From Gemmatimonadota bacterium (GTDB lineage: Bacteria > Gemmatimonadota > Gemmatimonadetes > Gemmatimonadales > GWC2-71-9), in assembly GCA_003221035.1 (NCBI GenBank), contig QHUB01000019.1, positions 2,418 to 66,417 on the forward strand: 64,000 bases of DNA, in the 5' to 3' direction. The notes beneath the pieces were generated by a model. The model was not told where the DNA came from, searched no databases, and saw only the letters and a list, made by a program, of their open reading frames with translations. The position numbers and the translations under genes are program-made. Below are positions 9,614-22,466 of this stretch, in pieces; position 1 is the first letter of the stretch, and every line of letters starts with the position of its first letter.

Positions 9614-11160
9614 ATGTGATTCCCGTGCTCTCGGCGACCGAGGCGGCGGCGTGGGATTCGGCCGCGCGCACGCAGTATCGCGTGCCGAGCCGGGTGCTCA
9701 TGGAGACCGCGGGCCGCGCGATCGTGCAGGTATTGATCGCCGAGTTCCCGGAGGCGACGAGGGGGGGGACGGAGGGGGGCGGCGTGCTGGTCGCCGCGGG
9801 CGCGGGGAACAACGGCGGCGACGGCTGGGTGATCGCCCGCGCGCTCCACGCTGCCGGCATCCCCGTGTGGGTGGCATCCGTCGATCCCAAGACCGACGAC
9901 GCAATCGACAATCGCGCGCTTGCGCGGCTCGACGGCGTGCACGAGCTCGGGCGTGCAGAAGCGTGGCCGCAGGCCGCGCTCACCGTTGACGCGTTGCTCG
10001 GTACCGGCGCGGTCGGGCCCGCCAAGGGCGACGTGCTGGCGCTCGCGGAGCGCGTAGCCGCGTTCGGCGCGCCGATTCTCGCCGTGGATGGCCCGACCGG
10101 TCTCGATCTGTCGAGCGGCGAAGCGCACGGACCGATTCATGCGCGCATCACCGTGACGTTCGGCGGCCCGCGCCGCGGTCATCTGCTGGCGCGGGAGTGG
10201 TGCGGCAAGATCATCGTCGTCGATATCGGTTTTCCACCGCCGGACACCGCGTGGCCGGTCCTGGTCACCGATCGCTGGGCGGGCGAGCGGCTGCCGCGGC
10301 TCGTGCCGCAGATGCACAAGGGCGATCGCGGACGCGTCTGCGTGATCGGCGGCGCCGCCGGCATGACGGGCGCCGCGCTGCATGCCGCTCGCGCCGCACT
10401 CGCGGCGGGAGCGGGTCTCGTCAAGCTCGTCGCGGCGCGCGAGACCATCGCGGCCGCGCAGGCCAGCCTGCCCGATGTGTTGACCGTCGAGACGGCGATC
10501 GGCGAAGCCCTCGAGCCTGCGGTTGTCGAAGCGCTCGACGGGACGGATGCGCTCGTCCTCGGTCCCGGACTCGGGCGCGAGCCGCGCACGTCGCGGGAGC
10601 AGTTCGTCCGCCAGGTTCTCGCGCGGCGTCCGGTACCGACCGTCGTCGATGCCGATGCGCTTCACCTGCTTCCCGAAATCCTGACTCCAGGCTCCAGGCC
10701 CCTAGTCTGCACCCCGCACCTCGGCGAATTCCGCGCCCTCGCCGGCGACGCATTGGCTGACGAAGCCGCCAACGATCGGTGGGCGGCTGCCGCGCGTGCG
10801 GCTGCCAAGCTCAAGTGCACGCTCCTGCTGAAAGGCGTTCCCACGGTCATCGCCGACTTGCGCGGTCCGGTGCACGTCGTGGCGAGCGGCAATCCTGGAT
10901 TAGCGACGGGCGGAAGCGGCGACCTGCTCGCCGGATTTATCGGTGCCTTTCTCGCGCGTGGCACTGCCGCCGCGGAAGCCGCGGCGCTCGGCGCGCATGC
11001 GCTTGGCCGCGCGGCAGAGCAGGGCGCGCGGCAGTGGACCGCGCGAAGTTTACGGCCTGCTGACGTGCTGGCGGCATTGCCGGACGTGTGGCGAGCCTGG
11101 CGTGATGCAAAGTCAGACCAACCGCCGGTGCTGGTCGCACTCGAAGCGCCAGAAGTATGA
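9610..11160 (+). CDS. nnr: bifunctional NAD(P)H-hydrate repair enzyme (epimerase/ADP-dependent dehydratase)
   Basis: YjeF-N (GAGNNGGDGWV) and YjeF-C (HKGDRGRVCVIGG ... GNPGLATGGSGDLLAG). The GTG at 9610 is chosen because the track ORF extension from 9466 overlaps the previous gene. Confidence 0.9.
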   Translation: MNVIPVLSATEAAAWDSAARTQYRVPSRVLMETAGRAIVQVLIAEFPEATRGGTEGGGVLVAAGAGNNGGDGWVIARALHAAGIPVWVASVDPKTDDAIDNRALARLDGVHELGRAEAWPQAALTVDALLGTGAVGPAKGDVLALAERVAAFGAPILAVDGPTGLDLSSGEAHGPIHARITVTFGGPRRGHLLAREWCGKIIVVDIGFPPPDTAWPVLVTDRWAGERLPRLVPQMHKGDRGRVCVIGGAAGMTGAALHAARAALAAGAGLVKLVAARETIAAAQASLPDVLTVETAIGEALEPAVVEALDGTDALVLGPGLGREPRTSREQFVRQVLARRPVPTVVDADALHLLPEILTPGSRPLVCTPHLGEFRALAGDALADEAANDRWAAAARAAAKLKCTLLLKGVPTVIADLRGPVHVVASGNPGLATGGSGDLLAGFIGAFLARGTAAAEAAALGAHALGRAAEQGARQWTARSLRPADVLAALPDVWRAWRDAKSDQPPVLVALEAPEV

Positions 11161-11270
11161 ACACGTGTAGCGACTCTGCAACAGCACGGCATGGAACTTG
11201 TGATGGTTAGCCCCGTTACGAAACAGTAGGACACCACGACCCCCAACGCACAAGTTAGTTTCGGAGACCC

Positions 11271-12233
11271 ATGAACCTCGGGCCTGGCAAGGAATTCGAT
11301 CGCATTCGCGGGATCCTCACGCAGCTTGCAGAGATCTCGGGAGACGCCGACGAGTTGGGTGATGATTGCGCGCTGATTCCACTCGGCTCGACCACGGTCG
11401 CCGTCAGCATCGACAATTCGCTCGAGAACGTCCACTTCCGCACCGACTGGCTCGACTTCAAAGAGATCGGGTTCCGCGCCGCGGGATCCGCGTTATCGGA
11501 TTTGGCCGCCGACGGCGCCAAGCCGATCGGTGTCCTCGTCTCCTTGGGTGTGCCCACGACGCAGAGCAAAGCGGGTGCCGATCCCGCCGCGGCAATCATG
11601 GCCGGCGTCGCAACGATGGTACACAACCTTGGCGCACGCGTGCTCGGCGGTGATCTGACGCGCGCGGATCAGTACATGGTCGACGTCTGCGTCATCGGCA
11701 CTGTCGAGCGTCCGGTGCGCCGCTCAGGCGCGCGCGAGGGCGATGCGGTCTGGGTGACCGGCTATCTCGGTGGCGCTGCGCTCGCGCTCGAGCGTTTGCG
11801 CGAGGGGAAGCCTCTCTCGAGCGTGCTCCGCAACCGCTACGCCTGTCCCGAACCGCGCATCGAGGCCGGCAGCTGGCTGGCGAATCACGGTGCGAGCTCG
11901 ATGATCGATATCTCCGATGGGCTCGCGGCCGATGCCCAGCATCTCGCGGCCGCGTCGGAAGTCGGCATCGAGATCAATCTCGAGCACGTCCCCTGCTGGG
12001 AAGAGGTCGCAGCGATGGCCGCGCTCGCTAGTGGGGAGGAATTCGAGCTACTTTGCACCATGCCTCCGACCTTCAGTGACTCCAGTGCGTCGACCTTCCG
12101 CTCGCAAACCGGGCTGCAGCTCAGCAGGATCGGAACCTGCCTGCGCGGCGCGGGCGGGCGGCGCGGCGGCGTGCGACTCCTCGATCACAACCAACCGGTG
12201 GCATTGCCCGCGGGATACGATCACTTCGCGTGA
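11271..12233 (+). CDS. thiL: thiamine-monophosphate kinase
   Basis: GEFDRIRGI...GDDCALI, AIR-synthase-like fold motifs, DISDGLAAD. GGAGA sits upstream of the ATG. Confidence 0.9.
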   Translation: MNLGPGKEFDRIRGILTQLAEISGDADELGDDCALIPLGSTTVAVSIDNSLENVHFRTDWLDFKEIGFRAAGSALSDLAADGAKPIGVLVSLGVPTTQSKAGADPAAAIMAGVATMVHNLGARVLGGDLTRADQYMVDVCVIGTVERPVRRSGAREGDAVWVTGYLGGAALALERLREGKPLSSVLRNRYACPEPRIEAGSWLANHGASSMIDISDGLAADAQHLAAASEVGIEINLEHVPCWEEVAAMAALASGEEFELLCTMPPTFSDSSASTFRSQTGLQLSRIGTCLRGAGGRRGGVRLLDHNQPVALPAGYDHFA

Positions 12234-12952
12234 GTGTCCGCACCATCTGGTATTACGTAGTCCTCGTCGTCTCCACAGTCATACACGCGGCCGGCGCTGT
12301 TGTCGGCGGGATTCTGCGCGTCAAAAACCGCGTCGGCGGGATCTACGACTGGGCGAACGTGGACTGGTCGCGCGACGTCCTGAAGGCCGCCGGCACTCCG
12401 GTCCTGGCCGATGGTCTCGAGCGCATTCCGCGGGGACAGCCGCTCATGTACGCCTCCAACCATTCGTCGATGTTCGACATTTGGACGCTCCTCGCCACGC
12501 TCCCCGGCTCCGTGCGCATGGTTGCCAAGCAGGAGCTGTTCAAGATTCCGCTGCTCGGCGGGGCGATGCGCGCCGCCGGTCACATCCCCATCGATCGAGC
12601 GGCCCGCAAGAAAGCGTTCGAAGCGTACGACAAGGCGGCGAAGACCATTCGCGAAGGGATCTCGTCGATCCTCGTCTTCCCCGAGGGGACGCGCAGCCGC
12701 ACCGGTGAGCTGTTGCCGTTCAAGAACGCGCCGTTCGGCCTGGCGATCGCCGCGCAGGTTCCGATCGTTCCCGTTTATGTCCACCACACGTTCGAGATCC
12801 TTCCCAAGGGCGCGTGGCGGTTGCGGTCCCGTCCCATTCGCCTGCTCGTCGGTGAGCCGATTCCCACCGCCGGACTGCAACCCGGCGACCGTGAGCGCCT
12901 GCGGGACGAGGTGCGCGCCGCGATGGTTGCTCTTCAGTCCAAGGCGCGGTAG
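12230..12952 (+). CDS. plsC: 1-acyl-sn-glycerol-3-phosphate acyltransferase
   Basis: Acyltransferase motifs NHSSMFD and FPEGTRS. Confidence 0.9.
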   Translation: MSVRTIWYYVVLVVSTVIHAAGAVVGGILRVKNRVGGIYDWANVDWSRDVLKAAGTPVLADGLERIPRGQPLMYASNHSSMFDIWTLLATLPGSVRMVAKQELFKIPLLGGAMRAAGHIPIDRAARKKAFEAYDKAAKTIREGISSILVFPEGTRSRTGELLPFKNAPFGLAIAAQVPIVPVYVHHTFEILPKGAWRLRSRPIRLLVGEPIPTAGLQPGDRERLRDEVRAAMVALQSKAR

Positions 12953-14517
<1,565 letters not shown>

Positions 14518-14526
14518 GGAGGTCGC

Positions 14527-15750
14527 ATGAAGCAGCTTGGTCGGTTCGTTTCCTTGGCCCTGGCCGGCGTATTGGGTGGCTGCGGTGGCGATAGCACGGG
14601 GACCGGTCCTCAGGCGGCGTCTGTCACCGGGGTTGCGGGCGACAACCAGAGCGGTCCCACCGGTTCGGCCCTCGCGTTCCCGTTGAGTTTTATCGCGCTC
14701 GACGGAAGCGGACATCCCGTGCAAGGGGTTCAGGTGTCCTGGAGCGCGTCGCCGACCGGAGCTGCGACGTTCAACCCCAGCACGGGGACGACCGACGCCA
14801 CCGGATCCGCCTCGACCGCGGTGACCCTTGGTTCGGTCGTGGGCAGCATCACCATCCAAGCTGCCGTGACCGGGGTTCAGGACGTCGTCTATCACGTCAC
14901 CGCTTTGAATCCCTGCGACGCTCTGAACCCGTATGCACTCGGTGACACGGTCAACGGCGCGCTCACGCACGCCGATTGCCGCATAACCCAGGGGAATCTT
15001 TCCTTCCGCTACGACTTCTATGAGCTCGACCTGCCTGACGGGCAGCAGAGCATTCGGATCAAGGAGGCCCCGACGGGAACCGGGTCGAGCCAGTTCGACC
15101 CGTATGTGGAGCTCTTTCTGAGGAGCGGGGCGCTGACCGGTTGGGACGACGACATCCAGAACGGCGTGATTCAGACATCGCAGCTGGACATTATTCTCGG
15201 AACCGGCGGCCAGTATGTCATCGGCGCGACATCGTTCGACGCCGACACCGTCGGTCCGTACCAACTGACCTCCTCTACTCGACCCGCGAACGTGTCCGGG
15301 TGCCGAGACGTCTGGATGACGCCTGGGGCGACGTTTACCGACACAATTCGCGCCAACGACTGCGCCGATTCCACCTCGCGCTTCGCCGACATTATCTACA
15401 TGTACATGCAGCCGAATCAGGCGATTCGAATTGCCGAGCGGTCGACGGTGATAAACCCGCTGCTGCAGCTCTATACCGCGAATTTCCAGACGCAGAGGTT
15501 CGACTCGGTCGCTGCCAACGACGACAGCGTGAGCGGCAACACGAACGCGTACCTTTCCTATACGGTTCCGTCGACGACGAGCAGATGGTATCTGCTGGTG
15601 ATCGGCACAGCCGCGCCGAACGATACGGGCGAGTACACGTTGACGTTCTCGCCGTTGGCACCGAGCTCTCGGCAGAGCGCGCCCCGAGACCGCATGCTGC
15701 CGGTCTTGCCAAGTGGCACGTTCAGAGGGTGGAAACGGCACCCCGAATAG
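14527..15750 (+). CDS. secreted lipoprotein with Ig-like N-domain and two PPC-like (pre-peptidase C-terminal-like) modules
   Basis: Lipobox AGVLGGC. The N-terminal stretch is Ig-like. Two Cys-containing modules end in ...GPYQLTSS and ...GEYTLTFS. Confidence 0.65.
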   Translation: MKQLGRFVSLALAGVLGGCGGDSTGTGPQAASVTGVAGDNQSGPTGSALAFPLSFIALDGSGHPVQGVQVSWSASPTGAATFNPSTGTTDATGSASTAVTLGSVVGSITIQAAVTGVQDVVYHVTALNPCDALNPYALGDTVNGALTHADCRITQGNLSFRYDFYELDLPDGQQSIRIKEAPTGTGSSQFDPYVELFLRSGALTGWDDDIQNGVIQTSQLDIILGTGGQYVIGATSFDADTVGPYQLTSSTRPANVSGCRDVWMTPGATFTDTIRANDCADSTSRFADIIYMYMQPNQAIRIAERSTVINPLLQLYTANFQTQRFDSVAANDDSVSGNTNAYLSYTVPSTTSRWYLLVIGTAAPNDTGEYTLTFSPLAPSSRQSAPRDRMLPVLPSGTFRGWKRHPE

Positions 15751-15822
15751 GGCACCGTGGCGTCGGAAAACTGGCGCATTGGCGTTGACCGGCGGGGTCG
15801 CTAGGTTTTTCTGCGCTGGTAT

Positions 15823-15897
15823 GGCAGGGTAGCTCAGCCTGGTGAGAGCACGGCACTCATAATGCCGGGGTCGTGGGTTCGAATCCCACCCCTGCTA
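15823..15897 (+). tRNA. tRNA with CAU anticodon (elongator Met-like; Ile2/lysidine not excluded)
   Basis: 75-nt cloverleaf: acceptor GGCAGGG/CCCTGCT (G1-U72), anticodon arm CGGCA-CTCATAA-TGCCG, T-arm GTGGG-TTCGAAT-CCCAC, discriminator A. Confidence 0.9.
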
Positions 15898-15929
15898 CTG
15901 ACTAGAAATCGACGGTCAAGCGGCAAATG

Positions 15930-15962
15930 CGACGGACAAAATGCGACTGCGGCGGTCCGTCG
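15930..15962. terminator. weak hairpin between the tRNA and the convergent flavin reductase gene
   Basis: cgacggac-N17-gtccgtcg. No strong U-tract. Confidence 0.3.
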
Positions 15963-15974
15963 TGGGACCGCGTT

Positions 15975-16577
15975 TTAACGTGGCATTTTCCAAACGACCG
16001 GCTCGATATGGCGCGACAATTCCTCGCCCAGCGTCTGCGCGTCTTTGAGCTTGGCCTCGTACTCGCTCCGCCACTCCGCCGGCATGTTGGATCGGAAATA
16101 GGTCGCCGTCATCAGCTCGCCTTTCGGCTCGAGCCCCGCCGCTGCCCCACACCCCACCGCCACGACGTCGCCAAGGAAGAGCGTGGAGCTGCCGGTGTCC
16201 ATGACGTTCGCGACTTCGCATTCGAAATGGGCGAAACACTCATCGAGCACCGGGACGCCCGTCTTTCCTTTATGATGCGGGATTCCGGCCAGCTTGTTCT
16301 GATCCCGCCCGCTGAAGAAACCGAGCCGGTGCACGATATCCGACTGCTTGGTGTGCAACAGGTGCATGGCGAAGCGTCCCGTCTCGTAAATCATGTCGTG
16401 ACTGTAGTTGAACTTGTGGATGTAGACCGACAAGCGCGGCACGGTCGGAACGATCGAGGCGCGCACCGCGGCGTCGGAGATCATCCCGTTCTCTTTGCCG
16501 TTGCGCTGCGACGTAATCGCGACCACGGGCGAGGTGAGATTGCGCAGGAGTTGGTAGGTGAGGTCGGGTTGGAGCAT
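15975..16577 (-). CDS. flavin reductase family protein
   Basis: SPVVAITSQRNGKENGMISDAAVRASIVP ... FECEVANVMDTGSSTLFLGDVV matches the flavin reductase-like FMN-binding domain. Confidence 0.85.
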   Translation of the reverse strand: MLQPDLTYQLLRNLTSPVVAITSQRNGKENGMISDAAVRASIVPTVPRLSVYIHKFNYSHDMIYETGRFAMHLLHTKQSDIVHRLGFFSGRDQNKLAGIPHHKGKTGVPVLDECFAHFECEVANVMDTGSSTLFLGDVVAVGCGAAAGLEPKGELMTATYFRSNMPAEWRSEYEAKLKDAQTLGEELSRHIEPVVWKMPR

Positions 16578-16589
16578 ACTTCAAGATAC

Positions 16590-17960
16590 ATGTCCACCGA
16601 TTCGCTGCCGCAGCGCGTGCTCGCGCACATCCGAAAGCGAAAACTCTTCTCTGAACCGGGAGAGGCGCTGCTGGCCGTCTCGGGCGGAGCTGATTCAGTC
16701 GCGTTGCTGGATGTGTTGAATGGCTTGGCGAATGAGCTCGGGCTTTCTATCGTGGTGGCCCACGTCGATCATGGCATTCAGTCCGACAGTCCGACTGTCC
16801 GACAGTCCGTCGCCGTTCTCGCGAAAAAGTATCGGCTGCCGTTCGAAACCACCGAACTCCATCTCGGGCCCGAAGCCTCGGAGACCGAGGCACGGCGCGC
16901 GCGCTACGTGTGGCTGCGCGAAGTACAAATGCGGCGCGGCGCGAAATACATCGTGACCGCGCACCATGCCGACGACCAGGTAGAAACGATCCTGCTGCGC
17001 GTTCTGCGCGGCAGCGCGCCCGCCGGGCTCGCGGGCATCAGCGCGAAGTCCCGCGGTGGTCTGGTGCGACCGCTGCTGCCGTTCTCACGCGCCGAGCTCG
17101 TTGGGTACGCGAGCGCGTGCGGTTTGGCGGTACACGACGACCCCGCGAATCGTGATCCGCGCCACCTGCGCTCGTGGCTGCGCACGACGCTGCTGCCGTT
17201 GCTTTCCGAGCGAATGGGCGCCGGAGTGCTGCAGGATGTGCGGTTGCTGGGCCGCCACGCGGCGCGCGAGCGTCGGGCCTGGGATCGCGCGCTGGATCTC
17301 GTTCCAGATCTGGCGCTCGGCGTGCATGAAAAGGGCTTCGCCGTTGCCCGGGCGACACTGTGCGGCTATGATAACGCATTGTCGGTCGCGCTCTTGCGAG
17401 CCGCGGCCCGGCGCGTGGGCTTAGTCCTTGGCCCTGCAAAAGCGCGGACGCTCGTAGAGTTCGCGCAACGTCCGTCTGGACGCCGGCTCCCGCTCGGTGG
17501 CGGGTGGTCGGCGGAAATTGTTTTTGATCGTCTGCAGGTCGGCCGCGATGAGGGCAGCAAAGCAATGCTCCCATCCGTAACACCTGCAGGCGAGCGTGGC
17601 TCGGCGCGGTTCGGGATGTTCGAAGTTCACTGGTCATTGGAGCAAGCGCCCGCCAGGATCGAACGTGCGACCTGGACGACGTGGCTGGATCCGGCTGGAT
17701 GGGAGGTCCGCGCGCCGGCGCGTGGCGATTCGCTCGTGCCGCTGGGCGGCGTCGGGCATCGGCCGCTGCGGCGGTTATTGATGGAAGCGCGGGTGCCGCG
17801 CAGCGCGCGACCGCGGTATCCGGTAGTCAGTCGAGGCGAAACCATTTTGTGGGTGCCGGGCATCTGTCGGAGTGCCGCAGGGGTGCCGGCGCCCGGAACT
17901 CGAGCCGTGAGGCTGGATGTTATCGAGCACCGCTCGACCCAAGCAGACGGGAGGACGTGA
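16590..17960 (+). CDS. tilS: tRNA(Ile)-lysidine synthetase
   Basis: PP-loop LLAVSGGADSVALL. The tilS-hpt-ftsH order is conserved. The upstream part of the track ORF (15927-16589) is antisense to the flavin reductase gene. Confidence 0.9.
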   Translation: MSTDSLPQRVLAHIRKRKLFSEPGEALLAVSGGADSVALLDVLNGLANELGLSIVVAHVDHGIQSDSPTVRQSVAVLAKKYRLPFETTELHLGPEASETEARRARYVWLREVQMRRGAKYIVTAHHADDQVETILLRVLRGSAPAGLAGISAKSRGGLVRPLLPFSRAELVGYASACGLAVHDDPANRDPRHLRSWLRTTLLPLLSERMGAGVLQDVRLLGRHAARERRAWDRALDLVPDLALGVHEKGFAVARATLCGYDNALSVALLRAAARRVGLVLGPAKARTLVEFAQRPSGRRLPLGGGWSAEIVFDRLQVGRDEGSKAMLPSVTPAGERGSARFGMFEVHWSLEQAPARIERATWTTWLDPAGWEVRAPARGDSLVPLGGVGHRPLRRLLMEARVPRSARPRYPVVSRGETILWVPGICRSAAGVPAPGTRAVRLDVIEHRSTQADGRT

Positions 17961-18471
17961 GCTCAAGCGCATCGTCTTCGACGAGCGCGCGATCGCGGAG
18001 CGCGTCGCCAGCCTGGGGCGCGAAATCACCGCGGCCTATCCCGACGGCGATCTGCTGGTGCTGGGCCTGCTCAAGGGCAGCTTCATCTTCTTAAGCGATC
18101 TGGTGCGGCGGATCGACAGGCCGCTGCAAGTAGATTTCATCGTCGCATCGAGCTACGGCGAAGGAACGGTATCGAGCGGGAACGTACGACTGGTGTATGA
18201 TCCGGAAACGGAGCTCGCCGGGAAGCACATCCTGCTGGTCGAAGACATCATCGATACCGGCAAGACGCTCAACAAGCTGGTCGCGCTGCTCCGGCAGCGG
18301 CGGCCGCGCAGTCTGGAGATCTGTGCGCTGTTGCACAAACATGTGGCTGAACACCTGGAGCTGGAAGCGAAATACGTGGGACTCGACGCGCCGACGCTGT
18401 TTCTGGTCGGATATGGGCTCGATCACGCGGAGAACTTCCGGCACCTCCCTTATATCGCGAGTCTGACGTAG
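17917..18471 (+). CDS. hpt: hypoxanthine phosphoribosyltransferase
   Basis: LLKGSFIFLSDL, PRPP loop ILLVEDIIDTGKTL, VGYGLDHAENFRHLPYI. Confidence 0.93.
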   Translation: MLSSTARPKQTGGRELKRIVFDERAIAERVASLGREITAAYPDGDLLVLGLLKGSFIFLSDLVRRIDRPLQVDFIVASSYGEGTVSSGNVRLVYDPETELAGKHILLVEDIIDTGKTLNKLVALLRQRRPRSLEICALLHKHVAEHLELEAKYVGLDAPTLFLVGYGLDHAENFRHLPYIASLT

Positions 18472-20453
<1,982 letters not shown>

Positions 20454-20457
<4 letters not shown>

Positions 20458-21725
20458 GCGCGCCGCCAGCCCCAGACCTCTCGAAACTTCGGATCAATCG
20501 CGACGACCCGCCGCCCGCGGTAAGGCGGGCGCTGGGTCGTGTGCTCTGGTTGACGGGCGCGGCTGTGCTCATCGTCGCGGTGGTGGTGGTCATCGGGCGG
20601 CGCGGCGGTGGAGTGCCGGTACAGGTGGTCACCGTAACTACGGCGGCGGGGGGCGGCGAAGGGGCGGCGAGGGGCGGCAACGGCGGCGCCGTTGCGGTCG
20701 TCGCCAACGGTTATGTCGTCGCGCGGACCAAGGCCGCGGTTTCGGCGAAGATCCCGGGCCGGCTGGCAATGCTGAATGTCAGCGAAGGCTCGCGCGTCGA
20801 GAAGGGCGACATCATCGCTCGACTCGACAATGCCGATTACGCCGCCGCGGTGGGCCAGGCGGAGGCCGGGCTCGCGAGCGCGAAGGCGACGCTGATCGAG
20901 ACGCAATCGGATCGCGATCAGCTGCAGCGCGAATTCGTGCGCGTCCGCGACATCCGCGCGCAGAATCCCAATCTCGTCTCGCCACAGGACGTCGAGAACG
21001 CCGACAGCAAAGCGCGTCAGGCGGACGCGCGGGTCAGCGCGCAAGAGGCGCGCGTCGATGCCGCCGCGGCCGCGATGCGCGTCGCGCAGGCGAGTCTCGA
21101 AAACACCTACATCCGCGCGCCGTTCTCGGGAACGGTGCTCCGCAAGGAAGCGGAGGTCGGGGAAGTCGTCGCGCCCTCCGTGGGTGGCGGTCTGACGCGC
21201 GGCGCCGTGGTCACGATGGCCGACCTCGCGACGCTCGAGGTCGAAGTCGACGTGAACGAAGCCTACATCGCGCGCATCCAGAGCGGCCAGCAAGCGCGCA
21301 TTACGCTCGACGCGTATCCGGACACCGCCTTCCGCGGCGCCGTCCGTCAGGTTGTGCCGACAGCGGATCGCCAACGTGCGACGGTGCAGGTGAAAGTCGC
21401 GATTGTCGACCGCGATCCGCGCATCCTCACCGAAATGGGCGCGAAAGTGGAGTTCCTGCAGGCACCGCGGCCAATCGCGTCCGGCGCCGCGCAGCCGGTC
21501 GAGCGACCGCGGATCATCGTCCCCGCAGAAGCCGTGCGCTCCGAGAATGGTCGAGACGTCGTGTGGATCGTCCGCGATGGCCGGGTGCACAGTCGTGACG
21601 TTGACGCTGGACCGGTCAGCGGTAACTTCCGCGAGATTCGTTCGGGTTTGTCGGGCGGCGAGCAGCTCCTCGTGGGTGGGATTGAAACTCCCACCGAGGG
21701 CCAGCGCGTCAAGGTAGGACCGTAG
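20454..21725 (+). CDS. efflux transporter periplasmic adaptor subunit (HlyD/MacA-like)
   Basis: N-terminal TM, lipoyl/hairpin/beta-barrel pattern, and NTYIRAPFSGTV. The GTG overlaps the ftsH stop. Confidence 0.85.
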
Positions 21726-21767
21726 TTCCGACGCACCACGTATCACGCACCTCAAAACAGGATCGCC

Positions 21768-22466
21768 ATGGCTCTCGTCGAGATCCGCGACGTCTACAAG
21801 TCATTCCAGCGCGACACGCAAAAGATCGATGTCTTCACGGGACTGACGCTCGACATCGAAGCAGGCAGCTTCACGGCACTCATGGGGCCGTCTGGATCCG
21901 GCAAATCCACGCTGCTCAACCTCATCGCCGGACTCGACAAGCCCACGCGCGGGACCATCACGGTGGACGGCTCGCCGGTGAGTCAGATGTCGGCCGGCAA
22001 GCTGGCCGCCTGGCGCGCCGACCATATCGGCTTCGTCTTCCAATCGTTCAACCTGCTGCCGGTGCTGACCGCCTATCAGAACGTCGAGCTCCCGCTCCTG
22101 CTCACGCGCCTGTCGGGCAAGGAACGGCAGGAGCGCGTGCGGATCGCGCTCGACGTCGTGGGCCTGGCCGATCGCGCCGATCACTACCCGCGCCAGCTCT
22201 CCGGCGGTCAGGAGCAGCGGACCGCGATCGCGCGCGCCATCGTCGCCGATCCCACCGTGATGTTGCTCGACGAACCCACGGGCCAGCTCGACGCCAAGAG
22301 CTCGCAGGAAGTGCTCATCCTGTTGCAGCGGCTGAACAACGAGTTCAACAAGACGATCATCATCGTCACGCACGACGCGCATGCCGCCGAGCGCGCCAAG
22401 ACGGTCCTGCACCTCGAGAAGGGTGATCTGATCGAGAAGCCGCGCATGGCGGCCGCCGCCCGGTGA
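21768..22466 (+). CDS. ABC transporter ATP-binding protein (MacB/LolD-type)
   Basis: Walker A GPSGSGKST, signature LSGGQEQR, Walker B LLDEPTG. Confidence 0.95.
   Translation: MALVEIRDVYKSFQRDTQKIDVFTGLTLDIEAGSFTALMGPSGSGKSTLLNLIAGLDKPTRGTITVDGSPVSQMSAGKLAAWRADHIGFVFQSFNLLPVLTAYQNVELPLLLTRLSGKERQERVRIALDVVGLADRADHYPRQLSGGQEQRTAIARAIVADPTVMLLDEPTGQLDAKSSQEVLILLQRLNNEFNKTIIIVTHDAHAAERAKTVLHLEKGDLIEKPRMAAAAR

Noticed and set aside
11161-11270. Lower-GC 110-nt leader upstream of thiL, considered as a possible TPP riboswitch.
   Set aside because: I could not find the conserved TPP aptamer elements (the CUGAGA-type bulge or the ACCUGAUCUGGAUAAUGCCAGCG-like pyrimidine-sensor helix), and no convincing multi-helix fold is visible by eye.
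15785-15822. TTGACC at 15785-15790, considered as a -35 element for the tRNA(CAU) gene.
   Set aside because: No acceptable -10 hexamer lies 16-18 nt downstream (tttctg or ttttct only), so I do not call a promoter.
15823-15897. The CAU tRNA considered as the initiator tRNA-fMet.
   Set aside because: It lacks the three consecutive G-C pairs at the bottom of the anticodon stem (the stem is CGGCA/TGCCG). It also has a paired 1-72 position (G-U) rather than the initiator mismatch.
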